Program-made: the position numbers and the translations under genes | Notes under the pieces: model-generated | Seen by the model: only the letters and a program-made list of their open reading frames with translations | What the model was told of the DNA's origin: nothing | The model's database searches: none | Shown: piece by piece, positions 23,684-38,100 of the stretch | Position numbering within the stretch: the first letter of the stretch is position 1 | Layout of the letters: the number at the start of each line of letters is the position of its first letter | Assembly: GCA_051362555.1 (NCBI GenBank) | Contig: CM120640.1 | Span: forward strand, 1,860,001-1,924,000 | Direction: 5' to 3' | Length of the DNA: 64,000 bases | Source: Lingula anatina | Taxonomy: Eukaryota > Animalia > Brachiopoda

Positions 23684-23700
23684 CAATTCCATACTCCATC

Positions 23701-26700
23701 TCATGGAATGACCTTCAGTTTGCGTCCAATGTCCACAAAGGCATCCACGGCTTTATCAATGTCCTCCTCGCTGTGAGCAGCAGATATCTGAACCCTAATT
23801 CTGGCCGTATTCTTGGGAACCACTGGGTAACTGAACCCAATAACATAGATGTCTCTTGCTGAAAACATGATCAAATTGTTTACAAAATAATTATTTTACA
23901 CAGCTTCAGTATTTTAGTTTCTTCAATGCCACGTTTATTTTTTCAATCAAAGAAATTTCCTATTAGCCAAAGGTTGCTTTAAATAAGAACTAGTAAATTA
24001 AAACAAATCAACAATATTTGTTTGCATCATCATTTCATTTCTACTCACACAGCATTTCTTCAGCATACTGATTTGCTAATTTAGCGTCCCCCAACATCAC
24101 TGGGCAGATGGGGTGGTCTGGGTCACCCTGGGGGAAATACACAGTTCTCCATATTAAATAGGTTAAATATTTAGATAATTTAATAATTTAGCTATTCACT
24201 TTAATTTACAGTCTTTACACAAAAAAAGTGACTTCGATTTGCCCAACTTGAATCATTATTTATAATATTTGCTCTTTATTAGCTTTTAAACATAATAAGA
24301 AATTAAGACTGTGCAGATAATTAAGTCATCCAGTATTATTTTCACATATAGTATTGAAGTTTTTAAAACCTGTCACTGAACTAGCATTATTCGGTCTATC
24401 CAGGACATGGGAAAATGTGATCAAATTTCTTCCACAATGATCATAAAACAAGACAAAAACAATTCCACCTATTTCAGTAGACACGTAGACTGGCTAAAGT
24501 CAAGTAATAGATTTTTAAAAACTTTATTCTGAATCACTTATGTAATTATTAATTCAACAACACGATAAAAAAATTTTCAAAAAATTCTGTCAACTTTTCC
24601 CTTAAATCAGACTTTCATGCAATCAAAATGAGATACGTACTCCCAAGTTGAATCCCGCAGCCGTCATCTTGGAGCGAAAACGTTTTGTGTTAGACAGCAC
24701 CTTGGCAGTGAGGTTAGTTCCTTCAAGAAGCATGTCAAGTACCTGTCAAGAGTCACAGTAATAAAAATAATCAGCACATTTCACATCATGAAATTAACCA
24801 ATATGTATAATATATAAGCAAAATTCCTCTTATCAACTACAACCAGAGACGTGCAATGTATATGGAAATTGAGTTGCAGGGTAAGTCTGATAACTTGAAC
24901 AAATTAGAAACAATGTCTTAAATTAAAATACTGAATGGGAGTGAGGGGCCAAGATTAAATCTTACTGAATGCCAGGCGTATCATGCCAATTGAAGGACAC
25001 TCAAACCTTTTAAATATTACACTGTTATTGCAGTAACTAATAGTATAAACATGAATCATAGGGTATATACTGTATCACACAGTTATACAACTAATTAACT
25101 ACAGGCAGAGTACTGCTTACCTTGATGGCACACGCCACTACTGCTGGGGGTAATGCATTAGAAAACAGATACGGACGTGATCTTTGACGCAGCAGCTCCG
25201 TTAACTCTCTGGGTCCAGCCGTGTACCCACCTTAAGTGTAAGTGTAAAAAACAGAGACATGGACAAACTGGTTTCCATAATTGGACAGCATCAATTATTT
25301 TCAGTGTTAATTAAAGAATTATAATACATTACAATATGGCGTGTACCTCATCTTCAAATTTCTTGCAGTTTTGAGCAAAAGGAAATAAAGTAAAAAAAAT
25401 TATGTTTTCATTACAAAACGCGAGAAACTGTTCTACCTGATGCCCCTCCCAGTGCTTTTCCCAGTGTGGAGTTGATGATATCCACCCTGCCCTGTGTGCC
25501 CGTGTACTCATCAGTTCCTCTAGATAAAAAAATATATAAATAAAATTAATTAACTTATTAATTAATTTAATAAAAAAATATGTTTATGTGGAAATTTGTG
25601 AGTATGTTAAAAATGTATTTTGTAACCTGATACATAGATTTTTCCAGACCTGGGACAAATTTATAAATGACATATCCAAAGAGATAAGTTAAAATAAACA
25701 TTATAAAGGAATATTTCTCTGCTAAGAGGAGTACAGATATTATTTTCTATCATATGTTGTAAAAACCTCATGGAAATCAATGACCACTAATTATATAGCA
25801 GGTCCAGAAATTTTCACAAAATATAATTTATGTCATAAGTATAGAAAATATAAGAGTCCTACTCAGAACATCTACAAATATCTACAAGCTGATTACTGAA
25901 TTCCTGTTTCAGGTAAAATCCTATTATTTATCATTTACAAAAAAAAAAAAAAAAAAACAGTATTTAGTAATTAGTATGTAATAATGCTGACAACCATTCA
26001 GCTCCAGACACACCTTCCAGTTTTGCCAAAGAAGCCTGTAGCATGACACTCATCAATGAATACCAAGGCATTATATTTGTCTGCAAGATCACAGATTTCC
26101 CTGTAAGATAACCAAAATCATTTCACAAACTTGTCATGATTTAAAAACAGTAAACACGCAACAAAGGAATGGCTTAAATATATTAAGATAAATCAAAGTC
26201 AGCCAAATAATTCTATAACCCAATTTCGATCATAAAAACTACTTTTTTATCAAAGCAGCAAAGTTAAAATGCACTGTGTGACTAAAATGACTTAGCCTAC
26301 TTTAATGGAGTAACATTCCCGTCCATACTGAAGACCCCATCACTGGCTATCAACCTTAGTCTGCACTTCTGAGCATCCTTTAGTTTGGATTCAAGATCTA
26401 CAGAAAACATAAAGAAAGTAGTATAAATCAACTACAAATTGTGGATAATACTGTATTTAACTGTAGCGTACACAGTCATGTATGTGTAAATCTGACACGC
26501 TGGTATCATTTTACATATAATCACTACAGTTTTTGTTTCAAGATATTATAACAGTTAAATAATAATCTCCTTAGCAACTCCTCCTAATCCAGTGATACAC
26601 TGTAACAAACTACACTAGCTGTCACATGACCAACCTTCCATGTCCATGTGATTGTAACGATACTTCTGAGCTTTGCAAAGTCTTATCCCATCAATGATAG

Positions 26701-28925
26701 ACGCATGATTCAGGGCATCGGACAGAACTGCATCCTCAGAACTCAGAATTTGTTCAAACAAACCTGTAAATTGTAGAACATAAAATGGTGCATGTCATCC
26801 TACTTCTACCAGTATGTTGAAAAAGATGTGGGTCTTCAGCAAACTTAGACATACACTTTGCCTACAGATAGCCTGTATTAATTTGTACTGGCAAAATTCA
26901 CAAAGGTCAGAGGTAACTTAAACATCAACATATAAAAAAACACATGATACATACATCCATAAAAAAAACACAAATCAATTGATCTGTGACTCAACTACCT
27001 GCATTAGCATCAAAGCAGCTGGCGTACACAATAGCATCTTCCATGCCATGAAACTTTGCAATTTTTGCTTCAAGTTCCTTGTGTAGATCCTACAGAAAAT
27101 AAAATAAAAGACTACTTTGATCAATTCTGGTAGTCTTATGAAATTTTAAAAAACTGCTTGTCTAAAACAAGGTTTTTTCCTTTTTTTAAAACAGGGTCTA
27201 ATTTCATTTACTTAAACCACTGTTAACTGATCCACCTGGAGTCATAACAGAGAAAAAAAGGGTTTTAAAGTAAAAAATTCATGCAGTTTGTACACCATAT
27301 CCTAAATACCAGGCTTGCCACATTTTCCAGCAAGATATCATTGGGTATGGCAAGTTAACTATAGGAGGAGCAATAAACCTTCAGTCAACAGTCCTTTTAT
27401 GAAAGCAACCCATGGTGAAAGCACTTACTTGTGTTCCACATATGAATCTGACGGAGCTAAGTCCAGCACCATGACTGTCAAGGGCTCTCTTGCCTGCTTC
27501 TATAACATCTGGGTGACTCTGTAAACATTCATTTATTATATGAGGAATTGATTTATCATATCTTATTTGTTAGCACCTCAAATAAATTATCAATGTTCTT
27601 TAAAAACAAATATCTTCTTCAATCTTTATTTACAAAAGATGTTTCAGTATTGTTAAGTTTGAATGCTCCTGGCATTTATTTCCTGAAGAACAAAAATATC
27701 AAAACTGATGTGATATCAGCCCATCACATATGAGAGTGTATAAAAACAAATAACATCATTGGGGTGTAATGAATTCACTTACTGATAGGCCTAAATAATT
27801 ATTGGCACAAAAGTTCAGAATTTTTCCCTTGGACCCTTTCACTTCAATAGCAGAATCTTGTTTTGATGTAATAATCCTCTCAGGTTTCCAGAGACCAGCC
27901 TCTTTGATTTCACTGAGAACATTACCAAGGTCTTCTTTAACTGCTGCCACAGCAACGGTGTTGGCACTCAGGACTCGTTGGACTTGAAATGTCTTAAGAA
28001 AGTGTCTGAGATTCTCTAAAGAAAACATCACGAGTTATAGGATAAGCTATAAACTTTCAACAATATGCTTCTTTAAGTAGTTATATATGCCACACCATTT
28101 CAGAAACAGTTCTAGTTTTGCCATCAATGTCTATTTTTTTCCCAGATATTTATCGGTAATTGCACAAGAATATGAACTAAATTAAATAAGTTTCTCTCTC
28201 ACTTTCACTTCTTACTTTAGCACAAAAAAATACAAAAACCCTTGTTTAAACTTCATGCCTTCAGGAACTCAATTATAATCACACTGAATTGTTCTAAAGA
28301 CTAAAAGTGACTGAGCCTGCAGGCCCGTAGCCAGGGGGGGGGGGGGGTTCGGGGGTTTCGAAAGAACCGCCCCTTTTGGTGGAAAAAGGTCCACTCTGGG
28401 TAAATTTTGATCTAGGTTCATGAAGTTTTTATGGAAAAAGGTCCACTTTTTCAGAAAACGAACCCCCTGGCTACGGGCCTGGCCCTGATTAATAAAAAAT
28501 AAATAACCATATTGGAAAAACTGGAACATTATCTTTTACTAGTACCATGGCTTGTCAACAAAATTGTGCCTGTCAAGAACTGATAACTGATTTACTTGTT
28601 TTTGTTTTCAACCGATTAATATCATTTGGATCACTCTAGTTCACCAAATGGACAGATGGCACGCTAACTCTTAGACAAGCTATGTGTGCATACACGTGGA
28701 TTTGAACTCGACCTAAAAATAATGTGAACTGACCAATCACAGAATGATGAAGCAGACACACCTCCAAATGAAAATAGACAGATGAACCTACGTTACGTCT
28801 TCATTTTTCATTTATGTCATCAACTGCCCTTGTTAACAAGTAAGCATTAACAAATAAAACATGAAATTAGTGTGTCTCCACGTTAAGAAAATGACTGATT
28901 TCTTACTTGCTTGAGAAAGTGCCAT
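23701..28925 (-). CDS. GCAT: 2-amino-3-ketobutyrate CoA ligase (glycine C-acetyltransferase), mitochondrial; 12 coding exons
   Basis: ATG at 28925 in a 19-nt exon. The other exons give [66 protein letters not shown], the PLP lysine motif [21 protein letters not shown] and [17 protein letters not shown]. Stop at 23701-23703. Confidence 0.97.
28320..28481. mobile_element. hAT-like MITE in GCAT intron 1
   Basis: Perfect TIRs caggcccgtagccaggggg / cccctggctacgggcctg. Confidence 0.8.
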
Positions 28926-29194
28926 GTTGACTGGCCTGTGTCCTGTTTGGGAGATATTTTAATCTCGGATCATGTCAAAGAATCATTTCACTAGAAAGAT
29001 TAGCAATAAGCTAACAAAGTAAAACGTTTCAGAAAGCTTATGATAAATACTTTATCATAAATTCAAAAATTGAGTCTGTTGATCTTTGATTTGTACAAAA
29101 AGTGGAAAAATTATTGAAGGGAGTTGAGGCTTAGTGATACATTTTGGTTCTCCTTTTGAAAAGAGCTCTTACTGATTTGGCGGTTGTTTTCGAT
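28926..29194. promoter_or_regulatory. Bidirectional promoter GCAT/NCAPD3
   Basis: Start codons are only 269 bp apart. Central inverted repeat TTATGATAAA-tac-TTTATCATAA (29038-29060). CHR-like TTTGAA (~29155) and E2F-like TTTGGCGG (~29176) lie just upstream of NCAPD3. Confidence 0.75.
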
Positions 29195-32100
29195 ATGGCG
29201 GACGTAGGGAAAACAGTCGAGTGCCTCTCCACACTCGATTTTACTGGCTTGGATACAGGTAAAAAAAAGCATTAACTCATACGTATAGTATTGATAGGAA
29301 AAACATTGTTTCGTTTCAATCAGCAGGTCTGAGAGGACAGAAAACATTGTTGACAGTCTAGATATCGGTAGTGCGATTAAAATCTAAAATGATACAGACC
29401 GAATGCCCTCGTATCAAAGCGATATGTAAAAGATGGCCACATATATTTTATAATCAATTACTGACTCGAAGCTCTTGAGGCTAGATATGTCCAGTAATTA
29501 GTGGTATAGCCAGTGGTCAACCCTCCCCCAGCTTCAGTGTGCGGCCTAATACATTCCTATGTAGCGGTGCCATTGCGCTGCCGTAAGGGTACTGTAAGCG
29601 TGTAAGGCCGCAAACTGAGGCAACTCCCTCAAACACTGACAAACACATGAAGATTCACACCACCAATCTCCATTTCACAGTTGACCTAAACCTTATTCAT
29701 TGGTTTTAAACTTGAGTAACTTCATATTAACTTAACTTTCAGATTGGGTGAAGGAAGTATGGGAGAGAGACTTCACAGACTACGACCCACTGCCTATCAG
29801 TACAGAGGAAGGCCTGGAGGGCAGTGGGTACCATGTGGAGACCCTGAAGTTGACCAGGAAGATCCTCCAGCCCTGGGCACTGGGGGAGGAGGGAAAGTCA
29901 GGGGAGGGTCAGTTCTATTGAATTATCATACTCTACTCTGGCACTTCTGTTTGTGTTCATTTAAATATTTTATTGCAATTAAATCAATATCAATAATTGG
30001 ACGTGTGTGCTTGCTTGCTATGTACCTTACACCCCATTCTCATAGATTAGATCGACCTACATTGGATCGACCTAACTCCCTGGGGGTTCACGCTAAATAG
30101 CTGTCAGCCGAGCGGACACGAAAGTTAATTACCCCTTAAAGCTTGTAGTAGGCGGGGACGGACACTTAAGGGGGATTATCTGACAGTAATCTAGTGAGAC
30201 TCTCCGCGGTGATAGATCGATCTAAAAGTTGTGAGAACAGAGCCTTATATACTCCTGGACAGAACTTTAACATTTTGTGATTGTAAATTGCCTGAATACT
30301 TTATTTACTAGTAATTATACATTAATTATCTTAATTAGATATCTGCTTTTTTCTTTTTTTGTACTATGCAGTATCCACAATAAGTTATGCTTGTATAAGA
30401 AAGGAAAGTAATAATGAATAAGCTCTTTCTTTCCTTGCCAGGTTTCTGGACAGTGCTAGTGGAGAATGACCTTCCACACAGAAACTTTGTATCTTTTCTT
30501 TATTACATCATAGAAGCAGGGTCAAAGGTAGGTGATGATACAGCATACACATGACGATGAAAGTCCTGTTTTTATGTGAAAATCTGGGTATTGGGTGTAT
30601 AATTGTGCCCCCCCAATTCCCTTATAGAAGAGATAAAATCTCTCTGACTATCAGCAGATTTCTGACTTTTTGGGAGCCAAAAATAGTATTTGCCTAAGTG
30701 GCCCCATGGACCCCAGGAAATATTTTCTGACATTTTCACTAAGTGGCAGTCTCATCCCGGTTATAGAGAGTTGCATTATTTCAGTGCTTGCATTTTCAAG
30801 ATATTTCTTATTAAAAAAAGGTCCACTTTCATCAACACAACAATTTTACTATTAGCTCTTTATAAATATTCATAATGAAAAATAATAGTTTTTTTCATTT
30901 CTGTATTTTGGCACTCTTTGTGTGCTCAGGTCTATATTCAGTAATATGTTCTCTATTGATATTAATTTTTCAGAGAGTGGCAAATGCCCAACTAAGAGAG
31001 GCTGCAATCTCAGCAGCTGATGTCTACTTCACTTTAATATGTATACCAGGTAATGCAATACCTTGAATTGTACTATTCCATAAAGAGCATTACCTACAAT
31101 GTTAGGGGAATAATTTTGAATTTTTAAAAACTCTTGAAAGTTTCTTTAAATGGTTTTACTGTTTCATATATGGTTCATCTCATTGAAGGCGTAATTCTAC
31201 TTATTTATTTTTAATAACATTTTCTTTCCAGGGAGTGGAGCATTCAAAATCTTCCACCCAATGTTGTTCCAGAAATCGGTAGATGTCTTCAAGTCTTGGA
31301 CTCAACTAGGTAAATGTTATGGAATGGAGAAGAAAGTAGAATTAATTTTGTCAAGTTGCAATCATTTCAGTCAGGATGCAATGTTAATTTTTAGAGTTAC
31401 AAAATAAAAGAAAATTTGACATTAACAAAAAGAGCACAAAATTAGAATTAACTTTATACATTCTTCTTTTATCTGTTAATACAAAAGATGTCCTTAATCT
31501 CCCTGGAGTAAGTAAAACTCAAAATGAAATCGCTCTCTGTCGTTAAAGGCTCCCCCAAAAGGAAGAGGAAGCCGTCTCCAGTCCGTAGCAGTCAGGCAGG
31601 CAGGAGAGGTAAAGCAAGAAAGACGACCAAAGAACCAGAACAGGACGTAGATGGAGATGTAAGTACAGTAGTTATCATGATCATGTCTTTTGGTTGTACC
31701 ATAGTGCGTTTTCACCTAGTAAGGGGCAGGCACTTTAGAAGTTGTTTTGATGTTGTATTATTATGAGTCTTCTTCACAATTGACTGCTATTAATGTCTTT
31801 CACATGAAGAAGAAAGAGGAGTCATTTTAGAGTAAGATCAAAGTTATTTAGGAGTCATAGATGTTGGTGTATATACAAATGTGTCTTGTAAAAGTATAAG
31901 TTATATCGATTTTGCTGTGATTAATTAAGAATTCTGCAGAAAATGCATACAATTATTACATATCAGTTGGTGCTGAAGCATCTGAAAATTACACTTTGAA
32001 GTTCTATTTCTCCACAGATTGATCCAAGCGTGGCTTTGTTATGGAGTGTGTCGGTTAGGAACAGGGTTACCGTATCAGAATCTGTTTCAATCAGATTCTA

Positions 32101-35100
32101 ATGAACTCTGGTATAGATCTTGTTATTAAATCTGCATCGTCTACCTTGAATTATTACCTTGTAGGATTTTGGTGTAGGAGAAGATGAGGATGAGGATGAA
32201 GATGAAGGGATTCTCACTCCCCAGGAAATAACAAAACTGAGGAGCTGCCTGCTCTCTTTACTTAGGGTAAGCAGGGAAAGTTTGGAGGGTTCTCAATAAA
32301 CAAATTTTCGATTATAAGGTTCCCATGCACACAAATATTCTGGCCTGTATTTCTGTACTTAAAATATTATGACCCAGACAAACTGGAAACCCCTTCCAGA
32401 GAACAAGGTATTTGGAAAACGATTCATTGATTTATGAATTGCATGTAATTTGGCAAATTGAAATGAGAAGCGATAACAGTTTAGATTGGTGTTTTATCAG
32501 TGTTAAAGTTGTCCCTTACCTGAGTAGAAGTTGTAAGTACCAGGTCAATCAATATACTTCCTGCAGTTTGGTTGCGCTTAGTCCTGACATTTGTAATTAT
32601 ACCTTTTAACTACATTTTACACTACATGGCATAACAGTAAATTTAGAATTAATATAACTTTTTTTCTTTCTAGAACTTCACCACACTCCTTAAGAATTAC
32701 TCACTGAAGGAATCGGAATCATCTGCGCAGCATGCATTGCAAATATTGGTGGAACTCTCCAAACAGGAAGCTGAGACTGTGGGAGAAGATTTTGATCTTA
32801 CCAGGTAAAACAACATTATCATAACTTTTCCTTTAAAAACTAAATCCTCAATTCATTATATACACTGTCTTTTGACTCACTGTGAAGCAGTATTATATAA
32901 AAGGCTCGAATTTGGGGACTGCTGTCACAGTTGGACCAAGAGTCATTAAATGTCTCATGGTCACTGAGGCTGTTGGTCTTAAATAATAAAAAAATGTATT
33001 TTTTATTTCAGTGATGTCAACAGAGTCCACTCCATATCCAAGCTGGCTTTTATGGTGAGTTGTACAATGACATCTGTTATTCTTGTATGTGTGTCTTTCA
33101 AAACAAAAAAAAAAAGAAAAAGAAAAAAAAGATTTTAATGAAAGGATGTTTATTTAGCGTTCGTCATTCAGTAGACAAAATGAATGCAGAAGTCCTGAAG
33201 ATGTTTTCCACAATTTTTTCCATATTATTAAGATGAAATATTTTAGCTATGGCAAATACTCCCTTATAATTTATGCATGTGATTGTGAATAAATGGTCCT
33301 AAGTTGGTTGTTTTTACTCTTGTAATTAAATTTATTGCATCAATAAATCCAAGTTGTCTTAGAAATACATTTTGGCAAAATATGGCGTAATACTGATCTC
33401 CATTTCTGGTTGTCTGATATACTGCAGAATACATTTGTCCCTGAATATTGCACCTCATAATGTCCTGAACCATTGTAGTACACTGAAGATTGCTTCTGTT
33501 CACTGATCACATACTTAGCATTATGATACAGTCATTATACAGATCAATGCAAATGAAGTATATATAAATATCCCCTAAAGTTGGACACAGGATTCGGTTA
33601 CCATTTCTTTTGCTGCTGGGATTGTATCTTTTTGTAACAGGATAATATTTACGTCACCTCAACACAAAGGTTTAGCCAGACAGCTAGGCCTGTCAGATAT
33701 CTCCTTGATCTACATGTCTCTGCAACTTCTGAAGAATTTTTCAGATAAAGCTCAGCCATATTCTTTCTTTCTCATGTAACTCTGACACCAGATCACTCCT
33801 GTCAAGAGATAATAGAATCTCTGTCAGTTTCTCAGATTTATTGGCGTCACTTGAGAAGTTGTGTCTTGCCCAGTTGACCAGCATCACCTGACACTGCCGG
33901 ATGTTGTCTGCTGGATTGTCTCTTCTGATTTCTTTCACTTTCTTTTTGCTGAAACCAAATTGAGGTGCCAAGGTGTCCCACTCGTTTGCTATCTTAGAGG
34001 CGATGCTCTTCAAGAATTTTTCATCAAAGAGAATTGTGTGGTCTTCCTCTATTTTGTTCATGCATAAGATTGTATTTTGGGCAGCAACTGAAATAAAAAA
34101 GGCATTAAATTTACTGCTGATAACATGAAAGTTAGAGAATTAACGATCTGTAAAAATTATTTGCATTGTCAGTCATTTTACAGAGGGGATCCAGGGATAT
34201 TTTCTGACAGTCTTCCAAACTATCTTTCTTGATCTACAGAAATAATTAGATACCAATCAATTTAAACTTTAAAATCTGTCTTCCGGAAGACCCAGAAGAC
34301 GGCCTCAATCTGCCCCTGTTTTACTATTTGAAGGGAAACAACTTATACCCTGTGGGGGTATAGTAATGGGCTCCCTTTTATTCGCCACGCTTCCATATTT
34401 ATTTTGGTCAACTGCCTATAGTTCTTCAGAAAGTCAGTATTTGCACTTGTTTCTTCTGTCCAGAATGAGACATTTACCTTTTGAAGGACTATATTTCCTG
34501 TTAGAGAACAGAGAACTGTAACAGGACCTTACCTACAAATGGTTGACTAGTATTATATCTTCTTCTCAGTAATTTTGGCTGTTTATGTAATTACAGGAAA
34601 TTAAGTAGTTTTTAATGTTGTTTAAATTAAAAGTCCCTCACCTTGTGATCCAGGTAATCTCCAAGATGTTAAAGATATAAGAGATATCAAAGATAAAAAG
34701 GCCAAGGTACAGTAGTTGTATATATACTGTTTTCTACCTAAATTTCAAATGTATGCCAAATATGGTTTACACTTGTGCTAAGGGAAACGGACGTGTAATT
34801 TACACCCCTCAGTTGGCATTCAAAACTGAGAGGTTTCCCTTAGCGCTTTTATTCAATACACCTTTGTATCCTCTGTATTGTCCTATTCATGCCTCAGAAA
34901 TGGGGTTTCTTACAAAAGAGTTTGGAGAAAAGAATGGAATGAGGAATACATAATGTTGACCTTCATTCATAATACTTTTATTCACCTTTACAATGTGCCA
35001 ACGGTTGTTTTGATTTTGGATCTGGGGTGTAAAATGCAAAAGGAGTTGCTAACTTTAACTTTTCCCTCTCAGTTTAATCTAAAATATAATTTTAAGGACT

Positions 35101-38100
35101 TTTTTCTTCAAATGCTTATATTGGTACTTAAAGGCAGAGTTCTTTTGCACTCAGCTTTATTATAAACTGTAAGGGTGATTTTGTATTTCATTTTCTTTTT
35201 TTTTTTTTTTGTTTACCCTGTTTCATTGTTTTGAATGTGATATTTTTTGGTAGCAAAAAAAGGATAGAAATGTAGAATTTTATTTGATATAATTTTTTTT
35301 TACCTTATTGGTTTTGCTGTATTTTCTATAAAATGTTTTCTAGGGTATGGACTGTCTGTGTTCAGCTTCTCATGGTGACATCAATGTTATGATCACCACT
35401 GTAAGTTGACTTGAATTTTCTTCTATTTGTAAATCTATTTCCATATCTTTAAGAATACTTTTACACATTTTAAGATTTTTAGATTTAATTTTTAACTTTT
35501 TCATAAAATCTGTCATAAATTTATTAAAATAAAGACTGTGATAATCTAGAAGGAAGTACATTAAGATCCAAAGATATTTGTTAGGAAAAAGTTTAATTTA
35601 AAGGCTGTCTTCCATTATTTCAGGCCTTCAAGTATCTTCTTCCCAGTATCTTGATGTTGATAGGGGATGGGAAGGGCGTGGCAGCACAGGCCATCCCCAG
35701 GGATATACAGACCATCAAGGATAATGCTCTGGCATTTGTTTGGTAAGAAACGACAAAAGGAATGGAATATACGCAAATGTATTTAACACTTTTTGCTGTG
35801 ACAATTTCTCATTTGCATGAGATAGAATTTCTTTTATTGAATTTAATATTATATGTGTACTTACTTGTTAAAAATGATAGAAATTTAAACATAGTGAGTG
35901 AGATTGGCATGTTTTCAGAAATGCACCATGATGACTTCTTTTTGGCTAGATGACATTTTGCCTGAGGTTTTTTCCCTTTTTTTTTATTTGAATTTCTACT
36001 TATTTATTAATTTTTTAAATTATTTGTTTATTTTATTAATTTATTGTTATTACATTAATGTGACCATGTCTTTCAACTTTTTCTTTTTTCTTTTATTTTT
36101 TATCATTCTTTTTATTTGTTTTTGAGGAAAAATTGAGAAATTCACCTGTACAATCCTGTACCATATTTTCAGTCACCTGTTGCGTACCAAGCCAGAAGCT
36201 GCTGCAGCCAGTGCCAGAATTCTGCTACAGCACATGTGTACCAAGGTCCCAGATAGAGCTGAGTACAGAGCCAAAGTGGCACAGGTGACTGTTTTTTAAT
36301 AACTTCATACCAATATTAGACCAGATTATCACTTATTGTGATACTTACTAGCAATTCCAATATGACTTATGATTGATAGAAATCTATTTTAGAGAAAAAA
36401 ACAACACCAAGAAATTTATTTTTGGACTATTTTAGAGCATTGCAAAATGTCATGCCTCATAGAAAGCACTTGTAATCTCTTAAGAAACAATTTGCTTTTT
36501 TATCATCATTACATAAGAGACGAAGAAAAATCCATTTCATCATATTTTAGAGTAGTCCAAATGTCCCAATTACAAAAGGTAATTTACTTTTGCTGAGCAA
36601 TTCTTTTTCTAGTTATTCATTTGTTGACCCCTTCTTTTGGACTTAAAGTATCTGTTTACCTTCCAGGCTGTGGTGACACTACTCCAAGAGCTTCCAAACT
36701 CTGCCTATGCCAGGATGATGGAGTGGATCTATAGATACTCCAGACATGCCAAGGTGAGGTTGTCTGACATTACACTCTTTAATACTCACTATCCACTCCA
36801 CCCTCCTTACCCCTACTTCTCTAATCTTCTCTCCATTTCTCCCTCCTACTCCTCTTATCCCTCCCTACCACTGCCATCTTCTCTCTGTTCCCCTCACTCC
36901 TTCTTCCCTCACTAAATCCCTCATATCTCCTCCCTCCCCCCTCTCTCACTCCTCTCCTCCCAACTCTTCCCTCACTCCTCACTCCCCCTCACTCCTACTT
37001 TTCTCCCTCCTCCCTCACTTCTCTTCTCCTTCCTCCGCCTTTTCTCACTCCTCTCCTTCAAACACCTCCCCTCATTCCTCACTCGTCCATTCCTCACTTC
37101 TCCTTCCTCCCCCCTTTCTCACTTGTCCTCACAACTCTTTCCTCATTCTTCTCTCTTCTCTCCCTCCCTCCTCCCTCTTCTCTCACTTCTAAGTCCCTGC
37201 TTATGTAAGATGTAACCTAGTCGGATTTTGTACAGTTTTAGTAGCTTTTTCAAGGTCATTAATAACAAGAGGTTTTTAAATATCCAATATTGATTTGAAA
37301 TGAATACTAAGATATTTTCCCTTTCACAGATCAGTTACAGAGTATTTGCCCTGGAGATAGTCACACTGCTCCTCAGTGAACCAGAGAGAAAGCAGGATGG
37401 TGAGTAGCATGGACTTCTCACACAAAGAAAAATGATCAGTAAAGATGAATTTAAAGGGCAAAAAATAATTTTCATTGTGGCAAGATGTGTAGAATAAAGT
37501 TATAGATTTTCAACCGATTTTGCTATAAATGGGAAAAAGAGAAGTGTGCAGGTTATAGTAATTGAATTTATCAAGTAGTATTTAGAACTCCAACTCCGAT
37601 TTTGTTTAAGAATGAAATAATAATAATAAAAAGAGAGAATTTTTCAGATAGTGGAAGAAGAAGAATTATTTGGAACTCCAACTCAGATTTTGTTTCAGAA
37701 TGGTAATTATAATAGAACTAAATGAGTAGTGGGAGGGGAATATGGTACCTACTCAAGCATTTTAAAGGGGAATAATTATGAAGAATTTGGAACCCCAACT
37801 CTTGTTATTTTTATTCCAGACTCAGTCCATGCAGACCATGCAGTTTACCTGAGCCAGTCTTTCCTAATACAGATGGTGTTAGCCAGGTGCTCTGATGTCA
37901 ACTCCAGGTATTCTATAATGTTAAATAATTCATTTATTTCAATATAATTATATATGAGCCAGTCTTTCCTAATACAGATGGTGCTAGCCAGGTGCTCTGA
38001 TGTCAACTCCAGGTATTCTATAATGTTAAATAATTCATTTATTTCAATATAATTATATATGAGCCAGTCTTTCCTAATACAGATGGTGCTAGCCAGGTGC

